Part shown: positions 58,023 through 64,000 of the stretch, in pieces
Layout: each line of letters begins with the position of its first letter
Position numbering within the stretch: the stretch's first letter is position 1
Assembly (NCBI GenBank): GCA_965223325.1
Contig: CBDCWI010000001.1
Location: forward strand, 2,080,091-2,144,090
Source: Candidatus Multivoradales bacterium
GTDB taxonomy: Bacteria > Acidobacteriota > Thermoanaerobaculia > Multivoradales > Multivoraceae
Direction of reading: 5' to 3'
Length of the DNA: 64,000 nt
The notes under the pieces: model-generated
The model's database searches: none
Told to the model about the DNA's origin: nothing
Seen by the model: only the letters and a program-made list of their open reading frames with translations
Made by a program: the position numbers and the translations under genes

Positions 58023-59937
58023 TGGTATCGCCCGTTTCGAAGCCGTCCACCCAGACATAGCCGTCGGCAACATATACCGCTGCCCCAGCGTCGACCAGAC
58101 CGCATTCGGGCTCGGGTTCTGGCGGAGATTCCTGGGCCCAGTTAGGAAGCTTCCGCGACGTGGCACACATGATGATCTCAACCTGGGACGGACTGAGGGA
58201 GCCCTCCGTTGCCAACACCAGAGCTGCCGTTCCGGCCACGAATGGCGCAGCGAAAGAAGTGCCGAACGCTCCCCTTGTGTAGTTCCCGTCGTACAGCTGC
58301 GTGTCCGAGCATGTGGTCTCCCCTCCGGGGAGGGTATTGACCGCGCCGTCGCGACAGTCAGGATCTGTCGTCAGAAGACCTTTCCCCGGGGCGGCGAAGA
58401 GCACCCTAAAGCCGGGCGCTGGTGATGTGTTCCAGTTGCTTCCATTCGAGGCGTCGTCGCGCTAGCGAGCTCCTGTTATGTCGATGGCCCCAACGGCATT
58501 GACGCTCTCCAGGTTCGCAGGAAACGTTGGCTCGGGAAAGTTGTTGTTTCCAGCCGAAGCGAACGCGATGACTCCGGCATCACGGATCTGGTTGTAGGCG
58601 AGTTCGATGGCGTTTCCTGTGAAGAGTTGCCAGCTGTGCACGGTGACCTGTGCTCCGCCCATGCCGCCAGACCAGGTGATCGCGCTCGCTACTTCGTCAG
58701 CATCTTGATTGGCTTGCCAGCCGCACGACACGGTTGTGCCTGGCCCCGGATCCTCCAGCCAGTCGATCCAGTGAGCTCGTGCCGCCACGACCGAACCTTC
58801 AGGAACTACGCCGATACCACCGATCTGTGCGCCGGAATCAGTGTTGTTCATCATCCCAACCATCCCCGCGACGTGGGTTCCGTGCCACTCACAGTTGACG
58901 GGATCATCATCTGGATCGGGAAGCCACTTGTCTGCATCGTGCCGATGGTGGCCTGTCCCTGTGGCGGTGCCGCCTTCGCCCGCGAAGTTCTTTCCGGCCA
59001 GCGCCTGAAGATCTGGATGCTCAAGGTCGATGCCGTTGTCGATGACGGCTACCCTGACGAGAGGGTTGTTCGAGGCATCGCCACCGGCGCAGAGGTCCCA
59101 CGGGCGCGCTCGCCCCCCGCGGCCGGGACGACGCCCCCGGTGGATCTCAACTTCCCTCAGGACGTCAGCGAACTGCCGCTCTTCGCCTTGGTTTCTCTCT
59201 AGCTTCGGTGCGAATCGCGCTCTTCCAGATGGTCCAGCTCCCACTAGACGCGAAGACTCGAGGTACAGAACCGGGGAGTTCTGGTTGACCCAAGTGTCTT
59301 CCAGGAAAAGGAGCATCTGATCACCCTTCTTCGGTGGCGCCTGCCAGTGCTCGTCTACAACGCACAGGCTTCGGCTTCGCATCTTGATGCGCCCGGCCGG
59401 CACGAACACATAAACTGCTTCGCGCGGTGCAAGCTCTCCGTTCCGAACTTTGATGTCCTCGAGCTCAAGTAAGGTCCCAGCTTCTTGAAACAGGAATCCA
59501 CCTTTGCTTCTTGAGACGCGGGCATGGACGACGATTTGTGTCTCCGCGATCACGTCGTCCAAGCGTTCGTGGCTTTCCGGGGGTTTCGTTCGATCAAGGT
59601 GGGTTCTTAAGCTCGGACAGCCACTGTCCGACGAGGTCGCCTGTCTGAAATATCCCTCAACACTGGACTGAGTCGCGTCGCTGGCTCCCACCAACGTAAC
59701 TTCCCCATTGGGCCCCTCGAGGATCCGGTCTTCGGAGAAGAAGATCGGATCGTTGCCGTACACCGCTTCAAAGAAAACGAGATCGGGAAACGGCGACGCT
59801 TCGTCAGTCGCGACGGCCCCGGCGGCGTGCATGACGGCGGCGGTCACGATAACCGCAACCAGATACTTGAACGGTAGATACGACTTCTGGCGGTCGTGGT
59901 CTCTCAAGGGCACTCCTCCTTCATGTTGAGGGAACAA
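57997..59937 (-). pseudogene. S8 subtilase with DGFETG tail, split by one in-frame TAG
   Basis: VAVIDNG, HGTHVAG, SAGN before the TAG at 58462-58464; AAPG, GTSFAAP and VDGFETGDTNEWSSTVP* continue in the same frame. Confidence 0.85.
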
Positions 59938-60142
59938 ACTCTGGGGCCGTGAACGCAGACCCTTAGGGCTGTTGTGGTTCTACCCTGCCGGTATGAGTCA
60001 CTCGATCTGTTGATGGCAAGGGGTCCCGGCTGAAGGAGGGGCCAGTCGGGATGATCCGCGGGATGAATAGCGTGCCACGTGGCAGCCGCTGTGTCCAGAA
60101 GCGGTTAGAGGGCGATCGGCCCCCAACCCATCGGAGACCCGA

Positions 60143-61635
60143 GACGCTCCAGGCACCCATGTTTCATAGCCATGTGAGTTTCACGCGCATGCCGAGATTC
60201 ACGAGTCGGATCCCGGAGCCAAGTCCGCGGCCCCTACTGAACATGCGCAAGCAGATCCGCACCAAACACCTCCTCAACGCGGCGCGACCACGCCTCAAAC
60301 CACCGTCCAAGCCGGTCCAAGCCGCGGCGCGGTTGACTGCGCCATAGCTCGCGCAGCGATCTCGATCGCCGTCCCAAAAGACGCAACACTGAAGTCCTTC
60401 TATCCAGGAGCGCGAGCCGCGTGCGGAACGAACGCACCGCGCGGCGGGAAGCAACCTGGCGGGAACGCGACGTTCTCCTCACCCGAACGCAACCTACGCG
60501 CCGCCCTCCGGTACGCCACAACAAAACGCCAGCGGTTGACGATGAACGCGACGCGTTGTTCCCGGGTGTGGGCGTGGCAGGCCGGGGCGGGGCTGCGCTT
60601 CGAATGGCGCGGAGCGGCGTGAGGGTCCTGGGCGAGGATCTTCTCGCGTCCCATGCTCCGCCCACCTTCGAGATCGAGGCGTTGGCCTGTCTCTTCCTCG
60701 ATGTCTTCGATCATCGAGACGAGCATCTTGCGGTAGGCCTCGGCGCTCAGCTTGGCAAAGTGCGGCAGGGGCTCGAGAGTGAGCTCCTCGACCGTCTTCG
60801 AACTCGGTGATGTCGATCTTGCGATTCGCCTCGCGACGCTCGCTCCGGCTCAGCTGTCTGGATCGCGGGCCGATCACTCCTCGGCGGACGCGCTCTTGGT
60901 ACAAGCCGGTGCGATCTAGCCAGACGCCCGAGAGCTTCCTCGAACCGTCGGCAAGAGCGCGAGCACTCGTCACACCGGGCCAGTCAAGCGGCGAATCAAT
61001 CAGCCCTTCTTTGCAGCCCTGCGCCAAGACGTAGCGCAGGCGCTGGTAGGCGGCCTGCGGCTCGTCGGTGAGTTCGATGCCCTGGTAACGGCGACACGAG
61101 AACCGCTCGCGCCAACGCTGCAACCGGCCCACGCGTCTCGCGATGTTTCCATTGGTGAAACCCATGAAGCGCGAGATGTGCCACTGCGATTCGGCGGACA
61201 GCAAGAGATGGCAGTGGTTTGAGCCGAACCAGAAGGCGTGGACGCTCACTCCGTAGAGCCGCTGCGCACGAGCCAGGACGGCGATGATCTCGTTGTTGAC
61301 TTCTTTGCTCGGCCGCAGGAGGAAACGCGACTGGAGGCAGCGCGTGGTGACTTCGACGACGCGGTTGGGCGTGTAGATCCTGGGCTTGGCGAAACGCATC
61401 GGGAGAAAGCTGCCGTTGTTTGGCGAACTGGTTGTCGTACCTCCCGAGAATCTGCGCTCTTGTTACGGCCCCCGCCTTCGAGGGCCGTTGTTCTAAGCGG
61501 CTCGCGGGGCGTCACGTGGCGTACTAACGCCGCTGGAGGCAAGGTGGCTCACTTTCCTGACGGCCGCTGACGCTCGTGAATCTCGGCAGGCGCGTGAACC
61601 TCGCATGGCTGAGAAACATAGGTGCCTGGAACGTC
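60143..61635 (-). mobile_element. Family B element, copy B2
   Basis: TIRs 60143 to about 60205 and about 61573 to 61635; colinear with B1. Confidence 0.88.
60400..61399 (-). pseudogene. Family B HUH/Y1 transposase, frameshifted
   Basis: Extra base at about 60797 (gtcttcgaac vs gtctcgaac in B1) splits the ORF. Confidence 0.85.
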
Positions 61636-61680
61636 GCCATGCCAGGCGAAGTCTCGGCGACGGCGATACGATGGGACACG

Positions 61681-62481
61681 ATGCTTGTATTGCACTCTGG
61701 GTCGGGCGCCCAAGATGTCGAAGTGGTGGAGGGAGAGGTACTTGAGGCCTCCGACCTTGACGAGATCTTCTTCACAGCAACCCGTCTGCTGACCGCCCGC
61801 GCTGAGCTTGAGGCTGCCGCGCTACTCCTCACGACCGGCTTCGGCGTTCGTGCGGCACAGAACCACTTTGGCGACGAGTTCGAGGTGCTACATGCGACCG
61901 TCTCTCTTGAGCACTACGAACACCTCAGGATCGCGTCGCAGGACGATAGCTACCGGCGCAGCTTCGGTCTGGTAGCTGACGCCGTCAATGAGATCGCACG
62001 CTATGTCCACGTACGCCATGTGGTCGTCGAGCTCGAGCGAGTAGTCCCTCCTCGGGACTGGCACCGAGACTTCGAGAAACTGATGGTACGGCTGACGGCA
62101 AACCAAGCCCTCTTCTCCTTCCAAGACGCTTCGAAGATCCGCTATCAGGGGCTGAACTTCCGGTCGAGAACGGAGATTCGTGTGTTCGACAAGCTCGTCT
62201 CGGCGGGACTCCTTGTGTTCCCGCTCCCAGTTAGCGTCATGGGGGCGCCTCGGACATACAAGGAGCCAGACTTCGTCGTCGTCAAGGACGGCAAGGTTGG
62301 GATCTTGGAGATTCATGGCGACAAGTGGCATCCACCAGAGACGGCTGCGAAGGAACACGAGCGGCGCCGCGAGTTCACCGCCCTGGGGATAGGTGCCTAC
62401 GAGATCTTCGATGCGAAGCGATGCCAGCAAGACCCCGCGGGCGTCGTAGCGGAGTTTCTCAAGGCGATGGAGAGAGCCTAG
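61681..62481 (+). CDS. PD-(D/E)XK nuclease (Vsr/DUF559-like C-terminus), cassette-borne
   Basis: FRS..E.R, EPDFVV, LEIHG..WH....A.E..R; attC directly downstream. Confidence 0.7.
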   Translation: MLVLHSGSGAQDVEVVEGEVLEASDLDEIFFTATRLLTARAELEAAALLLTTGFGVRAAQNHFGDEFEVLHATVSLEHYEHLRIASQDDSYRRSFGLVADAVNEIARYVHVRHVVVELERVVPPRDWHRDFEKLMVRLTANQALFSFQDASKIRYQGLNFRSRTEIRVFDKLVSAGLLVFPLPVSVMGAPRTYKEPDFVVVKDGKVGILEIHGDKWHPPETAAKEHERRREFTALGIGAYEIFDAKRCQQDPAGVVAEFLKAMERA

Positions 62482-62493
62482 CTCGTCATGGCC

Positions 62494-62576
62494 ACACGAC
62501 AACCAGCTGCACTGGATGTGAACCCGCGCTCGCTTCGCTCGCTCGGGCTCGCACCAGTGAGCTTCGTCCGCTAGCG
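62494..62576 (+). other. Integron attC-like site (degenerate core sites)
   Basis: 83 bp, colinear with 43224-43306 with compensatory arm changes; R'' ACACGAC, R' GCTAGCG. Confidence 0.75.
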
Positions 62577-62586
62577 GGACAGGTAC

Positions 62587-62664
62587 ATGACGAGTCATTC
62601 AGCAGCATCTCTCTTCGAGAAGAACATCGAGAGCGCGGAGCACTGCCTCCACGTTTATGACATC
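62587..62664 (+). pseudogene. 5' end of the next cassette ORF, interrupted by A4
   Basis: ATG 10 bp after attC: MTSHSAASLFEKNIESAEHCLHVYDI, then the A terminus. Confidence 0.5.
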
Positions 62665-64000
62665 CGCGCGGCGATGCCGCGCACGGTCGGGGGTAAGTTT
62701 TGACGGCAACGCTGGACTGGACGAAGCGCCGAGCCTTCGCGCGCTCCATCGCCCTCTTCTCCGACCTCGAAGGGCGGTGACGAAGGCAGAAACCTCGCCG
62801 TCGCCACTCCTGAACGTCGGTACTCCGCCCGACAAACGGAGCTCCGCCAACACACCGATCGGTGCGTCCCCCTCAACCTCTTCGTCGGCGGCCTGGACTC
62901 AGGGACCGTCGCGTGCGCCCGGCCCAGCCACTTCCAGGGCCACAAACGGCAGCGGGCTTGGAAAAGTGCCAGGCGGAAACTTCGCCTCCGGGTCACCACC
63001 CCACAGAAGATCCCGCGCCGCGCGGTGCGCTCGCCTCACCGCATCAAAAACCGAAAGCAGGCGATTGCGTTCGTACGAATCCGACGCGATCACCCGAGGC
63101 CGCGGCCCCCAATCGAGCTTCCGCGGGCGGCGCATCGGACTCACCTGCGTCGTCTTGTAGGCACCGCGAGGCCTCGTGCCCTTTCGCTTGTGGCGCACCC
63201 GGGTCTCGTCCTCGATCTCTACAATCATGCCGCGGGCCCAGTCGAAGTACTCCTCGTCCGGGAGGTCCTCGAAGCACGGAAGCTTCGATAAGACGACCGT
63301 CTCGCGGCTCGAGAAGTCCTTTTCGCTCAAACGACGCCCCGCTTTCGAGAAACGAGCACGTCGAAGCGCGGAGCGGTCGACCCACGTGCCCTCGAGCTCG
63401 AAGGTCCCTGACCACAGCGCCTCCCCCACCGACACGCCTGGCCACTTGCGCGGTGAAGACACCAACCCCGCCTTGCAACCCTGGGCAAGGATGTAGCGGA
63501 AACGACGGCAGAGGTCCTTCTTCGCGTGACCGGGAAACGACGTCTTGTACGGCCCTTCCCATTTCGGACCCTTCCACCCGCGCAGGATCCGTAGTTCCAC
63601 ACTCGTCTGGTGCTGAATGCGCCGCATGAAGTCGGCCAGCTGTTGGGCGTCGCGAGCGCCCAGCAGAAGGTGAGCATGATTGACCTGGTAGTCCAGGGCG
63701 TGAATCCGGATCTCGGTCTTTCGCTGCGCGCGGCCGATGATCCCGATCAGCAGGTCGCGTAGGTGTGACGATGGCGCCAACAGGAAGAACCCGTTGACGA
63801 TTCGAACCGTCACTTCGACAACTCCCCAACCGCTCGAGTCGGTGGGGACGTATCTCAGTTGATGGGCCATGACTCTTCGCCCGGAGCCATCGATGTCCTG
63901 CAGGGAGCCGAATCTTAGCGGATGACCCTCGCCATCGACCAACTGTCATTTGTGAATCGGGCTACACGTCCGGTCGGTGGCGAGGCGTCGCACTGCGCCA
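62665..64000 (-). mobile_element. Family A element, copy A4 (second TIR beyond the window)
   Basis: Appears identical to A3 at a constant offset of 6939 bp. Confidence 0.9.
62899..63870 (-). CDS. HUH/Y1 transposase, family A
   Basis: Translation identical to the A3 ORF. Confidence 0.85.
   Translation of the reverse strand: MAHQLRYVPTDSSGWGVVEVTVRIVNGFFLLAPSSHLRDLLIGIIGRAQRKTEIRIHALDYQVNHAHLLLGARDAQQLADFMRRIQHQTSVELRILRGWKGPKWEGPYKTSFPGHAKKDLCRRFRYILAQGCKAGLVSSPRKWPGVSVGEALWSGTFELEGTWVDRSALRRARFSKAGRRLSEKDFSSRETVVLSKLPCFEDLPDEEYFDWARGMIVEIEDETRVRHKRKGTRPRGAYKTTQVSPMRRPRKLDWGPRPRVIASDSYERNRLLSVFDAVRRAHRAARDLLWGGDPEAKFPPGTFPSPLPFVALEVAGPGARDGP

Noticed and set aside
1-64000. CRISPR array, rRNA or tRNA genes
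   Set aside because: No regularly spaced repeat-spacer array, no cas genes and no recognisable stable-RNA gene by eye
45196-64000. IS605/IS1341-type TnpB or IscB associated with the Y1 genes
   Set aside because: Elements are only about 1.4-1.5 kb with one ORF and no RuvC or zinc-finger nuclease gene

Overview
High-GC bacterial DNA. The Oar-type receptor, BNR hydrolase, IPTL-CTERM proteins and DGFESG-tail proteins suggest Acidobacteriota (inference). 1-20 kb is mostly housekeeping: S66 peptidase, APH-like kinase plus acyl-CoA dehydrogenase, M20 peptidase, a putative TA pair, GNAT, BNR/VPS10 hydrolase and a full oprP-pstSCAB-phoU-phoB-phoR locus with 11-bp-period Pho-box-like repeats. 20-42 kb is a defence island: lipase-like protein plus lipoprotein, AAA/DUF4143 ATPase, HNH nuclease, complete class I DISARM (drmD-drmMI-drmA-drmB-drmC) and another HNH-like gene. 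42-64 kb is a heavily rearranged mosaic and holds the most unusual signal. It contains two families of long (about 320-330 aa) HUH/Y1 RAYT-like transposases, each bounded by long terminal inverted repeats. Family A has a 39-bp TIR with a 7-bp hairpin (3 complete copies, 1 cut by the window edge, 1 remnant). Family B has a TIR of about 60 bp (2 copies). All copies are co-oriented, show no target duplication and separate unrelated, often truncated cargo. The region also has integron cassettes with attC sites but no integrase, an IS110 end sitting in the family B terminus, ISL3 and resolvase fragments, and a twice-repeated subtilase plus IPTL-CTERM module. All calls are by eye; no database searches were run.
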